A DNA stretch of 64,000 nucleotides from Podarcis filfolensis (Eukaryota): the NCBI GenBank assembly GCA_964270895.1, contig OZ185436.1; one strand, written 5' to 3'. The position numbers and the translations under genes are program-made. Under the pieces are notes generated by a model. The model worked only from the letters and a program-made list of their open reading frames with translations, searched no databases and was not told where the DNA came from. Of the stretch, positions 12,460 through 25,694 are shown in pieces; position 1 is the stretch's first letter, and every line of letters starts with the position of its first letter.

Positions 12460-13583
12460 TTCTACGCAGATGAAGAATTTATACACCAACTTGGCACAGT
12501 AGCTAAATTGGCAGCCAGCATAGACCTCTTAACAGCAGTGTTACATGCTGACAGTAGGCCACTCCTAACAGCAGCCTAACCCTGGTATATGCCACCAGCT
12601 GTAGCTTTGGGACCAACCTTCAGGACAGCTCTACATAGGGCGCGTTACAGAAATGCAGCTTTGAGGTTACATGCACTGTATTAGATCATTTCCCCATGTA
12701 GCTGTATTCCCAACAAAGGCTGTTCCGTGAGGAGGAAATACATGTCTGAGCCCCTCACGTGTCTTGAAAGTCCAAAAAGATCAGATACAGGGAATCAACC
12801 ACAGCAGCTGAATTATGGCGATGACCTGCAAGAAACAAACATTAAAATGAAATATTAGGACACGTTAGGTCTCATATTAAATAAGTGAAGGCAATGGTGT
12901 GGTGTGGACTATGGACGAATATGACTTGGAGCAAGTGGGCTTTCATTGAATTAGACTACAATTTCAGCAATTGAATCTATTTGAAAGAGAATCCCCTGTT
13001 GGGACTGGGTGGGTGAATTATTGTGAAGCCAAGTTAAAAGCTCTACTTGTGGAAACATTCGGTTGGTGGTCCTTTTTCTTTGTTTTGTCAGCTCTTGTTG
13101 AACATCTGTTTTGAAGAATAATTAAGTGCACAAGTGGCTAGGAACCAAATCATATTCGTGAAGTCATTGCTGAATAATTCTGTTTTCTGTGTATGAAAGC
13201 ATTATGACGCTGTGTTAGGACCAGGGGAAATGCTTGCCCATGTAATTCAGCTTTACCACGACAAAGAGCTGAAGTTGTTCCAGCCCAGGCAGAGACGTCA
13301 GCTTGTCAACAGCGGAGTTCTCGAAAACACTGTGCCAACTTTGCAACAGAACTCTTTGAGGAAGACATCACATAGTGCTAGGCTGCGTGAAACAATGCAG
13401 GGAAATGCTCCTCCAGACGGGAACATTTGGGTACCAAGAAATCCTTGTTTATTTGTGTAGGATACCTTATTTATTTTGCCACCTTCCAAGCTATCTTGCC
13501 TTTTCCCCAAGAGTTTATAATAACTTCAATCCCCCCCAACCCCTATCTAACATTTTTTTATTTTAAAAAACACTATATGTCAA

Positions 13584-13740
13584 GGCTCAGTGGTGCAGCA
13601 CATGTTTTTCATGCAGAAGAATCCAGTTTTGATCCCTGGCTCCCCCTGCTTAAGAAGAACTCTGAGTGGAGAACCCCTACCAGTCAGAGTAGACAGAATT
13701 GGATGAACATACGTAACTCTCTATGATTATATTAATTCAG
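13584..13740 (+). mobile_element. degraded Squam3-like tRNA-derived SINE
   Basis: GGCTCAGTGGTGCAG...CATGCAGAAG...GATCCCTGGC head and CCAGTCAGAGTAGACA body, shared with 35885 and 55356. Confidence 0.55.
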
Positions 13741-14438
13741 TGTGCCCAAGCCATGTGCTGCTTTGTAAACCATGTGCCCCTGGCACAGCTCACATCCATA
13801 CCATGCATTGAAAACACATAGCTATTCTCCCAAAGAATCCTGGGAAGTGTAGCTTACCCCCACAGAGCTGCAATTCCCAGTGCCCTTAACAAACTGCACA
13901 CAACCTAGATAGACACTCAGTAAGGCACTGCAGTTGTGGTAACAGAAGCCTCTGACTGGTTCGGGAGAATTGACAGGGTTCCATTGTTCTTGTTCCTCTC
14001 ATGATGCAGGTTCTCTCCATCCATCCCTCTCCTTAAGAGGCTTTTGGACTCTGTCAGTCATTTTTCTCAGCCATGGAAAGCAAGGATTGAGCAGACGAGG
14101 GATGAATGGATCAGTCATGCTCCTTTCATATTTACCCATACATCTGCTCTGTTCTAATTCCTTATTGATTTCCCACCCCCCTAAATAAACTCTGTATGGA
14201 TTTAGTATGCAATAGTACACAATATCAGATACAATGGATTTATTCTGTTACGGCAAGGATTTATGTTTGCGCAACACTACACCCGTCTCTCTCCACCCCC
14301 CATGTGCTCTGTTCTCTGTTTTCTTCTCAAAAGCCACTGGAACAGATCTGGGGAAGGTGCAGGAGGGTGGAGAAGAAGGAAAGGTCTGTTATGCTAGCAT
14401 AAATCTTTTTACCTTCAGAGCAAGTGTACTGGATACGG

Positions 14439-14797
14439 TGTCAGGGACTGGACTGAGGAGGAATGGTGGGGACCGCCCCCCCTCTTCCTGAACCTTCCTG
14501 AGAAGAGGAGGACAGTATAGATTTAGAACAGTGGTTTGCAGAAGGTCATAGTTCAGAGACAGTAGCAGGGAGAAGCTGGGAAATATTGGGAGAGCGGCAG
14601 GAAGAAGAAGCACCAGGGGAGAGACAGCTGACAGACTCAGTGTCTTTAGACAGCATTCCTACCCCACCCCCTCCCAGGACCCAGCATGCATTGAGAGTAG
14701 TAGAACAGAAAGCTCAGAAGCAGAATGCACAGATCACAGGGAGGACACACAGAATAGGAAAGACAGAGGGGTGGAACTTTACTCAGAGCAGACATCA

Positions 14798-14867
<70 letters not shown>

Positions 14868-14967
14868 TCTGAATATTGAATAAAATACCATGGTAAGAAC
14901 GTCTTTTCCCCCCCATTTCTAGCTGCCAGCCATGAGGGAGATGGATCAAATTCCTTGAAGCTTGACA
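14439..14967 (+). mobile_element. solo LTR (529 bp) containing a (TC)n tract
   Basis: TGTCA...TGACA termini, 5-bp TSD TACGG/TACAG (14434-14438, 14968-14972), AATAAA at 14879-14884. Confidence 0.72.
14800..14870. repeat. (TC)n microsatellite
   Basis: Direct reading; about 32 pure units. Confidence 0.98.
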
Positions 14968-15199
14968 TACAGCCCAATATCTGACAACTGACTGTATACA
15001 TTTTTCTTTGGGAAAATAATTTGTTGTTCTGTGGAGCAGTTGGAAAGATCTGTTCCTGCCACCCATATATAAAGCAGGACTGGTAATTGCATCCATGGTG
15101 GTGCACTATCCCAACCAGGGGTGTAGTATGGGGAGGGGGGAGATATACAAGGCAGCCTTCATAGTCATAGCCTATTGATATCAGGCAGGTGATCTCACT

Positions 15200-15316
15200 G
15201 CTTGGTGCCTGCTAAAAACATTCTTGTTTAGACAAGCCTAACCAGATATCTAGACTGCTGAGGGGGTTGGACTTGGTGACCCTCACAACTCCTTCCAACT
15301 CCAGAATTCTATGATT
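15200..15316 (+). mobile_element. CR1 LINE 3' tail
   Basis: GGGGGTTGGACTTGGTGACCC...CCTTCCAACTCCAGAATTCTATGATT, the typical CR1 terminal (ATTCTATG) repeat. Confidence 0.75.
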
Positions 15317-16302
15317 TGGTTTTTTGCTGATTATAATTTTTTGAATGATTTAAGTGTTTCTACTAATAATTCTATTGTGTCGTCCCCCCCCCCCGTAAAC
15401 TGCTTTGTAGTTTTATGTTTCTCTTAACAATCAAGTGGTTACGAAATAAATGTTACAAAATAAAAATAAATAAATAGTTCTATCTGCCACTTCCTCCTTT
15501 CTGGAGTCATTCCATGGGTAATACCATGCAGTCAGAGATGGCCATACACCATAACTATATGATGATGCCACAGAGAGCGGGTTGGGCAGGGTGAGAGTGA
15601 ATATATCGCAAGTACAAACGTTTCAGCAAAGAAGGCCAAAAGGCTTCAAGAAAATGAGAGCCGTTTTTCCATGCTGCTGAAAAATACTTTCTCTCTCACA
15701 TGCAAAGTCTACTAGTTTTGTTTGAGTTCTAGTTACAATCCAATTTGGCTTGATTCTGTGTGTACATGAACTTTTAAACAGCCCCTTCTTTCCTGTCTGT
15801 ATACAGACACGCTGAAGCTTTGTTCAATCCCATCACCAGAAATGAGGATTATCTGTCTATCCTGCAGTAATTATGATTCATCACTTCAATGTAGTTCAGT
15901 GTTAAATCAGGACAAGCTGTGAGTTAGTACATCTCTAATCTGCAGCTTCAGAACGTTATAAACAGCAGGTCACATCATGCATATGGATTATTCAAGAATC
16001 TGAATATTGTAGTTGCCTTTCAAACTGAGCTCATACTCATGTTTAGCTGGTGTTTAGATAAGAAAACTAGCGTAGCAAGACAGACAGCCCAATGTAAATT
16101 ACCCCTTTTATCTGTTGTTACTTGATCTGCAATGCCAAATGTCCAGAGAAGAAAAAAGGTTTGCTGCTACAAAATCCTGAACAAATCTTGTATGAATGTC
16201 TATTTGTGCAATATGTATATGGCTACAGTCCTACTATAGAAGGAGCTCAAACGTAGGCCATTTACTCAAAAGTAAGTCCCACTGAGGGCTCACTCACGTA
16301 AG

Positions 16303-16458
16303 GGGATGACAGAGGACGAGATAGTTGGACAGTGTTCTCGAAGCTACCAACATGAGTCTGACCAAACTGTGGGAGGCAGTGGAATACAGGAGTGCCTGGT
16401 GTGCTCTGATCCATGGGGTCACAAAGAGTCGGACACGACTAAACGACTAAAAAAAAAC
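16303..16458 (+). mobile_element. Bov-B 3' end fragment
   Basis: ...GGGGTCACAAAGAGTCGGACACGACTAAACGACTAAA, matching the 8584 and 32571 copies. Confidence 0.88.
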
Positions 16459-19400
16459 ATGCATACATACCAAGGAGAAAGTTCCATTGAAACCAGTGAT
16501 TTTTGCCTAGTAGGACCAGTTTGTTAGCTATGTGTATCAAAGTCTGCTTGGCTTGGGAGGTCATAATATTCCCAAATGTCAACATGCAAGTGCAGCTCTA
16601 GTTTATTGTTTATTTATTTTATTAAAAAGTGTTTGTAATCCACCCTTCAGCTGAAGGTCCCAGGGTGGCCTTTTGCACAGTCCAAACCCAAAGCTAAATG
16701 ATAAGATTAAAATGGTGTAAAACAAAATACAGAATTCAGTTACAAATAAAACCATCCATGGCAACAGAAATTCAGATGGCAAGTAGAAAAGTCAAATTGT
16801 TATTCTCGCTTTATTTTATAAAATGCCTGAAATTCCAGATGCTGCGCAATATTGAAAATGAGAATATGGAAGCTTGAAGCAACTAAACTAGACCCAATGC
16901 ATGGAGGTTTCACTGGGTCTTACACTATTTAAAGAAGGGATCAAAGGTTCTTGGCTAAATATATGTTTTGCATGCAGATGGTTGCAAATACAACCTGTGG
17001 AACTTGGAATCCTGGTAAAACTCCCACCCACATTTTGATATTGTGTTATGTAATGTTTGATGCTTCATGGGTTGTGCAGAACTCATGTGGAACATCTGCT
17101 AAGGAAGCGTGGGACATGACTTACAAAGACAGCAGTGCGAGTTGTTACCCCTTCCTGATGCCCTCAGGTTCATCCTCCATTTTGCAGATGCTTAAAAACT
17201 TCATAGAAAGAGTCCTGTATTGATGGAAGTTCATGTGTTCCTATCTCCTTCAGTGATTGCGACCATCTCTCACTGGGGATGAACTCCAGAAGAGTCGCTA
17301 TGTTATTCTGTGCTATCAGAATAACAGTCTTGAGAAACGTTGATGATTAACTGGTGGACTACAGCATGGGACTTCATAAGCAACGGTCAGCTCCATCAGA
17401 GACATCTGCCTATTGATTAATGTTTTAACTTTAAATAGTAAATAATGTGTAATTCCACTCCAGACAGCAATGATGATTTTCTGTGGCTTACAGTTTAATT
17501 CTTTTTATATATATATAAAAATCAAATACATTATCTGAGTTGTCTTAATCAGCTGTCTCACTAAAAGATAGGCAAAGAGGAGGAAGAAAGTGAACACAAG
17601 GGTGGAGCCAGGAGGACATCTAGAAAAACAAAGGCGACCACATCTGAAGACCACAAGTGTCACCCAGATGGCGGGCAGGGGAAGCAACAAAACAGTTTCA
17701 AGCCAATTAATTCTTGGTTGTAGCTCATATTGAGGTAGAAAACAAATTGCTTCCTTGACACAGTTTTTGTGTGTGTCTTGCAATGTATAAGAGGCTTATT
17801 AAGAGCTTGTCCTGAAGGAAAAATGGATTGTAAAATAGGATTTATATTTCCTGGAAATGTCTAGCAAGCATGGGTTAGTTAACATCACTAACTAACTGAG
17901 CTTCAGTTGGTTCTGTTGTTACTTGTGACATACTGAGAAAGAATGAGGAATACTTCCTAGGATATTTTCCTCACAAATATTCTGAACCACCAGATGCTGG
18001 AGAGGTATTTCTAAGGAGGCCCTTTCTTCAGCTACTAGTGAATAGAAGGGAAGGCCTGTGAGTTCCATGGCACTGATAAGTAGCTCAGTACATCTAATAT
18101 ACAGGTCAGTTATGCTGAACCTGTGTGGTGTAGAGGATAGAGGACCAAGGAGCAAGGACGCCCAGCCTTAAATCTGCATTCCTTTCAAGAAGTGACCTTG
18201 GGCCAGTTACTCTTTTGATGCTTCCAGACTATCTACCCTTTGAGTTTTCCTTCCAAATTGTTAAACGGAGATGTTGCGTTGAGCCCACACTTTCCACTAC
18301 ATTTTCCTTATTGCAAAAAAGTTTAATATTTTTGGGGAAGCAGGTTTGCTTAACTCTTCCATGGAAATGTGGAATTCAAGTGCTTAACTTTGGCTTGATC
18401 AGGCCCTAAATATGTGGTTTGTTCATAATTTTCACATACTATGGCCAAATATTGATAAATCTTATGAAGCCTGAAGGATGTCTTATTTTGATTTCAAAGT
18501 TCTGTTTCTCTTAACTTTAGGCTTGAATTGATGAGTTGCAGACCCAGAAACACATTCTGTTGTTTTGTCAAGCATGTGGCAATAATATTAGTACAACAAA
18601 ACTTACATCATCAGAAAAGACAATTGATTTCTTACTGAGCAAGATTTATTAATGAGCACAACTGACAATGGAAGCATAATGGAAACAACTAAACGCCACA
18701 TGTACTTGAAATGTTTAAAAGAGACACCATGTATAAATGTATGTATTTTACTAAGTTTGTAAGGTTACAAAAAATACACACACAGAAACCACGTGTTTCA
18801 TGCAGTGGAGTCTGGTTCATTAGAGCAAATGGGGCACTGCCCCATCAACTTCAGTATGCCATCAGCTAGATGCCACCTGCCTTCATACTTACAACCAGCC
18901 AAAAGGGGTGACTCCAGCTGTCAACTTCCTCCTGCTTTGCCTCAGTACTGCCCCTTGTAGGTAGGAAGATGGGGGCAAAATTACAATAAGTTGCCCCCAT
19001 CTGTCCTATGCTCTGGTGGCCTTTCTGCCTCGCCAGACTCAGTTGGTACCTGTGACTATTGGTTTCATGGTGGTTTATGACAGTGGGTTTCACCCAGTGT
19101 GCTGTGGCACCCTGGGGTACCTTGAATGATGGTCAGGGGTGCAGCAGGCAACACTGGCCTCTGTCCCTCTTTCCTTCCCTCCCTCCTCTAATGCCCTCTC
19201 ATATCTCTGCTTCCCAAAGGCTTGCACAGCTGTTTCTTGCAGCAACCCTGCTGCCGCCACTGCTGCCTCCCAAGGTAAGATGCTGGCCTCACATTCACCT
19301 TTGGCCAGTCTCTGTTGGGCCACTAAGGCTGGGGGCATCCTCTGCCCAGGCCCCTGTGGGGTGGCGTGAGGTGGCACCTTTCTTTGGGGCGGCAGCAGCA

Positions 19401-19686
19401 ACTGCCCGGAGTATTCCCAAGGAGAGGGGAGAGGAGAGGAGGCTGAGGGAACACTCCACAAGGGAGGGGGTTCGAAAAAGGGTGAGAGGCTGCCAGCTCT
19501 GCAAGCCAGGGGTGACATAACTGGGCTCCTGAGCCTCACAGGGGTGCCGCAGAAAGAAGGTAGTTGGTCAAGGGAGCCGTGGACTCAAAAACCTCTGGTA
19601 TCTGATACAGTAATATCAAAATGAGCATAAAACAACCCAAAGGAAACAAAAAAATGGCAAAAATGTAAAATAGTAGTAGTAGTAAA

Positions 19687-20038
19687 GTAAAGGTAAAGGG
19701 ACCCCTGACCATTAGGTCCAGTCGTGGCCGACTCTGGGGTTGCGGCGCTCATCTCGCTTTATTGGCTGAGGGAGCCAGCGTACAGCTTCTGGGTCATGTG
19801 GCCAGCATGACTACGCCGCTTCTGGCTAACCATAGCAGCACACAGAAACACCGTTTACCTTCCCACCGGAGCGGTACCTATTTATCTACTTGCACTTGAC
19901 GTGCTTTCGAACTGCTAGGTTGGCAGGAGCAGGGACCGAGCAACGGGAGCTCACCCCATTGCGGAGATTCGAACCACCGACCTTCGAATTGGCAAGTCCT
20001 AGGCTCTGTGGTTTAACTCACAGCGCCACCCGCGTCCC
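19687..20038 (-). mobile_element. Sauria SINE, full length
   Basis: Reverse complement of the GGGACGCGGGTGGCGCTGTG...GGTTCGAATC tRNA-like head and (ACCTTT) tail. Matches the 31250 copy. Confidence 0.92.
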
Positions 20039-21490
20039 AGTAGCAAAACAGAAACAAAAATTTCTTAACTAAGGAGGGGCAAATCAGTCTGGGTGGAATT
20101 CAGCATTCTGCTCAGATGATGGTTCAAACAATGCCAGAATTTCTGCTTGGTGGATGGAATGATCTCTCCTCCCCTCTCCTCTTGTGTTGTTCTGAGTCCA
20201 CCACATCATCCCAAGGAGATTTGGAAAAGGTGGAAGGGAGGGCAGGGAGAAGGAAGGGGGGAATCCTACTGCACTGAAAGGACTTGCTGTGCTGGCTTCT
20301 GCTAGTGCAAGAACTTGGAGCTGTCATTCTGATGGGGAAGTCCTATGGACTGCTCTCATGTTCTGCTCTCAATTTGTTTTTCATTTAGCTGTTGACTACG
20401 GTGCGGGGGGGACCCCATTTGGGCTACAATTGTATTTACAGGCTTTAATGAAGAGGCAGGTGAGAATGAGTTTAGTTGCATGACCATACACATACACTGC
20501 AGGAAGTGGAAGATCTCTGAATAATCTACCTGCTGATTCTGTTTTCTGTGTCTGTTTCAGCAAAAGTTTCCGTCTCCATAAAACGGAGAGGAAGAACAAA
20601 ACATGAGTTTGTCTGTGTACGTATGGAGGAAACCGTGCCTGCTCACCATTCCAATCAAATCATGAAGAGACAATTGCTTCCATGTTTATTCTGTGGTGGT
20701 CACAGCAGGAAAGCTCATTAAAGTTTAACTGAGAACCTGTTTTGTTCCTGTCTGGGCAAGCCACAGTAATATATCAATAAATCACAACATGGTTCTGGAA
20801 AAGATCTCAAGATCTTAAATGCGCTTTCTAATGACATCACAAATATCAAGTCCAAAATATTTAGAGCATTCTGCAATTGGGAGCTTTGCTCATAGTAGAA
20901 AGAGAAAAAAGGTAAACATAAGGGCTGAGTCCATGTAGTCTTTTATCACTCATTAACCATCCTCCTCTCCCTTGTATGAATCAGTGGGGCTTTGACCAAG
21001 GAGCCATTTGTGGACCATGTCCCACCTCTTGCCTTCCATTCAACATCATAGTTGCATTGACCCCCAAGGCTCTGTGTCCAGTGTAGCTAAACCAGTCGTG
21101 CTTCCCTAAATCCACCTCTGCAGGAGCTTCTATATCAGAGTGCTGCATGTTCCTAGCACTAGCGGCAGGAAGAGTGGTCTTGTTTTGGGCTCCCGGTAAA
21201 CAACTCTTTAGCTTGCTTGTCTTCCCTGGCTTCTGTGTGGTTATGTCCCCATGCCAAGCAATCTGTTGGATTTCCCTTACCTATCCTGGCTTTAATGCTT
21301 CCCAAAAGCTTACTGTTTCTCCTGGTAACTGTTTTGGTGCCTTCAGTTTTTAGCAAAACTTATCACCTCCTGCCAGTGTGATACCAGAAAACCAGGTAAC
21401 ATGACTGTCTTAGTGCCACACACATAGCTGATCAGATTTGGCAAGGTAAGGTAATCTCTGCAGGTGAACGATTTCCCACATTTTCAAATA

Positions 21491-21732
21491 CAGTGGTACC
21501 TCGGGTTACAGACACTTCAGGTTACAGACACTTCAGGTTATAGACTCCGCCAACCCAGAAATCGTACCTCGGGTTAAGAACTATGCTTCAGGATGAGAAC
21601 AGAAATCGCATGGCGGTGGCGTGGTGGCAGTGGGAGGCCCCATTAGCTAAAGTGGCACCTTAGGTTAAGAACAGTTTCAGGTTAAGAATGGACCTCCAGA
21701 ATGAATTAAGTTCTTAACCCGAGGTACCACTG
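21491..21732 (+). mobile_element. Tc1/mariner (Tigger-like) MITE
   Basis: TIR CAGTGGTACCTCGGGTTA / TAACCCGAGGTACCACTG with TA TSD on both sides. Confidence 0.92.
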
Positions 21733-21859
21733 TATGTCAAATGTTTTCCACGACAGAGAATTTGAACAGCTTTTTAGTTTTCGGAGGAAAAGGGTGTTAT
21801 TTTCCAAAATGTACCGACAGCTAAAACAAACGTGTTACAGGTGATATGTGATGTTGATG

Positions 21860-22026
21860 GCTGTGTACACACTGTACCTTTAAAGCACATTCTTCTCCTC
21901 AAAGAATTCTGGGCACTGTAGTTTACCCCTCACAGAGTTACAATTCCCAGCAGCCCTTAACAAACTACAGTGTCGAAAATTCTTTGAGGGGAAGAATGTG
22001 CTTTGCATGTGCTTTAATGGTATAGT
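21860..22026. mobile_element. palindromic non-autonomous DNA element (related fragments at ~7725-7890, ~13790-13900, ~1535-1582)
   Basis: Inverted arms TAAAGCACATTCTTCTCCTCAAAGAATT / AATTCTTTGAGGGGAAGAATGTGCTTTG. Superfamily not assignable. Confidence 0.65.
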
Positions 22027-23348
22027 GCTTTAAAGGTATACTGCTTAAAAACTATGTTATTATGCAGCATATAAATTACTAAAATAGCAAATAAATGTGG
22101 AATGGGAAAAGGGATTGGAGAAAGGGATTGACTGTCCTTCCCCCCACTTCTTCCCCAATGAAATTAGCAGTCCTCCTCAGCTGCTTTGAAGTAAAGAAAA
22201 ACATCTGGTTTTGCCCTCAGCGGAAACAAAACTTTATTATAATGTAATACCATTGTACACAGATACACAGAACTCTAGAGAGGGATGTGGAAAACAGCAA
22301 TGCCCATTGGTTTAAATGTAAATATTAACAAATATATCTAATTATTTCTCAGTGCTATTATACCCATGGGAAGATCAGAAAGAAGTTGAATTTAGGGATG
22401 GTCAATCACTCTACTGAAAGAGCTTCAAGTGATCTTATGAAAGACTAAAAAAGGAATATAGAAATAGGAAATATGACTTATTTAATGATGACAACATCTA
22501 TTTCAGGAAGATGTTTGGGCCACTATGAGTGCAATGAGTGAAATTTAAAAAGGTTAAAGTGAATTTTTTTTTCCTGGACATGATGGATTTAATTTTATTA
22601 ACTTCTGTAATTTAGCTTGTTTAATAGAAATCTTAAAATGCTCCACAATAAAGCTTACACACCAAGGAACCCTATTTTTATTAAATCCTAGTAAATGTCA
22701 AAATCAAGTTACCAGATTAATATCATTAATATCCAGGCAAATAGTAAAAATTGCCCAGTCCTCCTGCCCTAAACTATTTAGCTTTAATTTAAGTATTTGT
22801 TAAGTATTGTGGTGAAGGAAGATTTGTTTTCTTAAAAACTCTTGTTTCTTTCCAGTGAAAGTTGCAGTCACCCTCTAGCGTTGTTTGCTAGAATAGCTTC
22901 TAATAAAACTCCGGTACTTCTGAGAGTCCACAACTGTGGGAATCCACATTTGTAACTTAACTTTTCCTCCAGGCTTTTATATGGATTGAGACTGCATTAA
23001 AGAGAATTAACCACATAGCTCTCTGAGGTGTTTTTTGTTTTGTTTTGGGGGCAGGGTTAGTCTGTATGCCTGAGTTCCTTTTAATTCCTGGATGTTGTTG
23101 TTGCTTCTGTCCATGGAGCAGAATGACCATGGTTTCTATACCACAACAGATGGAGACAGGGTTCATTTCAGAGCAGGCTGGTCCACCTATGTCTGTGAAT
23201 GTAGGGCTATGATTCAGAGGGGTTCCAGAATATGGGTGTATGGGAAATATGGCAGAAGACATATGATGATCATGAGGAAATCGTGGCATTTCAACAGGCT
23301 ATCTCTCTGAGGTCTTAGGCTTATGAACCTGAAAATGCTTAGCTAATA

Positions 23349-23606
23349 CAGTGGTACCTCGGGTTAAGTACTTAATTCGTTCCAGAGGTCCGTTCTTAAC
23401 CTGAAACTGTTCTTAACCTGAAGCACCACTTTAGCTAATGGGGCCTCCTGCTGCCGCCGCACCACCGGAACACGATTTCTGTTCTCATCCTGAAGCTAAG
23501 TTCTTAACCCGAGGTACTATTTCTGGGTTAGTGGAGTCTGCAACCTGAAGCGTATGTAACCTGAAGCGTATGTAACCTGAAGCGTATGTAACCCGAGGTA
23601 CCACTG
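23349..23606 (-). mobile_element. Tc1/mariner (Tigger-like) MITE
   Basis: Same TIRs and TA TSD. Subterminal 16-mer AACCTGAAGCGTATGT repeated. Opposite orientation to the 24082 copy. Confidence 0.92.
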
Positions 23607-24081
23607 TAACAGAATCCTTCTAGCCTGCATCTTACATGAGGAGTTAATTGTGTAGAAAAGTATGACGTCATGAGAAAGGGCTGTGGTCTTACGCTAAGAC
23701 CACAGCGTGGGAAAGTACAGATGTAAGGGTGGTGGGCTTCCCATAAAGGCCATCAAGATAAGGCCCTGGATAGCTGCCCAGGCATCACTGAGGCACGAGG
23801 TTAGCACAGGAGTAATGAGCCATCACCTTTGGCCACCGGCCAGTCCTTTGAAGTCACCGACCAATGTTGCAGTCAACAACCAGGAGAGTGGAAATATTTT
23901 GGTGACTTCCTCTTGAGACTTCAGAAGTATATAAACTCAGCAATGCACCCTGCTTAGTTGGAGATCCCAATGCCAGTCATAGACTGAAGGAGTGGGAGGG
24001 TGTGCTGCTGCTCTGGAGGAACTTTAGATGGCTATTTTTTTTAATGCTTTGCTCTTGCAGTCTTGTTTGGCAAATAAAGTA

Positions 24082-24323
24082 CAGTGGTACCTGGGGTAAC
24101 ATACGCTTCAGGTTACATACGCTTCAGGTTACAGACTCCGCTAACCCAGAAATAGTACCTCGGGTTAAGAACTTTGCTTCAGGATGAGAACAGAAATCAT
24201 GCTCTGGTGGCGCGGCAGCAGCAGGAGGCCCCATTAGCTAAAGTGGTGCTTCAGGTTAAGAACAGTTTCAGGTTAAGAACAGACCTCCGGAACGAATTAA
24301 GTACGTAACCAGAGGTACCACTG
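24082..24323 (+). mobile_element. Tc1/mariner (Tigger-like) MITE
   Basis: TA|CAGTGGTACCT...GAGGTACCACTG|TA. Confidence 0.92.
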
Positions 24324-24352
24324 TATCAAGTTGGTGTCTCTTTTATTGCCTA

Positions 24353-24356
<4 letters not shown>

Positions 24357-24400
<44 letters not shown>
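24357..24400. repeat. (AAT)n microsatellite
   Basis: Direct reading. Confidence 0.98.
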
Positions 24401-25421
24401 GAAGCCCCTTGACAAGACAACAGGCCTCTCTTGTCCACTAAGAGCCTGTGGAGACAAAATGCTCACCTGTATTGGAGCAGAAGCCACTGAAGGAGCCAAA
24501 GAGCTACCAGCAGAAAACTTGTGACTTTGGACATTTCAAAGGACCAGATAGCACCTCTAATATAAGGCGTGGGGGGGGGGGGATTCAGTTGGAGAGATGG
24601 CATGTTTAGCAGCACCCTGTTTGCTGAGTGGAGAGGAAAATCTACCGAAGATAAGCATAGCAAAGAACATCTTCTGTAGAGGAACATTGTGAGGGTCTTA
24701 TACCACTCAGGTGGATATTTGACACCCACATTTATTACACATATCTTAACATCCCCCTGCTTCTGCATATCAGCTTCTGAGTTCCATTGGAGGATCAAGA
24801 AGAGGCAAAGTTCTGCTGTGCATCTGGAGCTCAATGAGGGAGCTCTGGTCGCAGAGCATAAGAAAGGACTGAGTTGCATCTGGCTCTCTTTACTGATTAA
24901 AATCTGCAAAGATAAAAATCTGCAAAGACAAATAGGAGTCAGGCTGCCCAGGGAACCAGCAATGTAGACAGAATGGTGGAGGCCACTTCATATTGTTCAA
25001 TGAGAGAAACAATGCCTCACTTTGCCCACTTTTGCTGATGGCCCTGCCTACAATGGCATGTGGCCCCCCCAAATGTTGCCCAGAGGAGAATGTAGCCCTC
25101 AGGCTGAAAAACATATCCCATCCCTGAACTAAACTATACTTTCTATTCCCAAAGGGTTCCAGATAGCTAAATGCATAGAAGTTCAAAGCAGAGAACACAG
25201 GGACTCCTCTACCACCTCTTCCCCAATGGGGTCACTGTAATGTCTGTGTAGGCCTACACTGGCATCTAGGCAGGTCAGGAGAGCCTTTTGACTCAGTGGA
25301 TGGTGCTTTTCACACCTGCTATACTGAATGTCTTTTGAGCATTGTTGATGTGCTACTGGAAAATGTACGAAGATGATAGTTGGTACTGACACAAAAGCAG
25401 CATAGTAGCCACCATCTTACA

Positions 25422-25692
25422 AGGACTATATGCGCTGCGGTCTAAACCATTGAGCCTCTTGCGCTTGCTGATCGGAAGGTCAGCAGTTCGATCCCCGTGA
25501 CGGGGTGAGCTCCCATTGCTCTGTCCCAGCTTCTGCCAACCTAGCAGTTTGAAAGCATGCCAGTGCAAGTAGATAAATAGGTACCACTGCAGTGAGAAGG
25601 TAAACGGCAGCTCTGTGCATTCTGGTTTCCATCACAGTGTTCTGTTGTGCCAGAAGCAGTTTAGCCATGCTGGTCACATGACCAGGAAAGCG
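25422..25692 (+). mobile_element. Sauria SINE, 3'-truncated, diverged
   Basis: CGGAAGGTCAGCAGTTCGATCCCCGTGACGGGGTGAGCTCCC...GTGCAAGTAGATAAATAGGTACC, matching the 31250 copy. Confidence 0.85.
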
Positions 25693-25694
25693 AT

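Noticed and set aside
14246-14438. Possible second LTR starting TGTTACGG around the 14439 LTR
   Set aside because: No matching right end with a TSD could be found.
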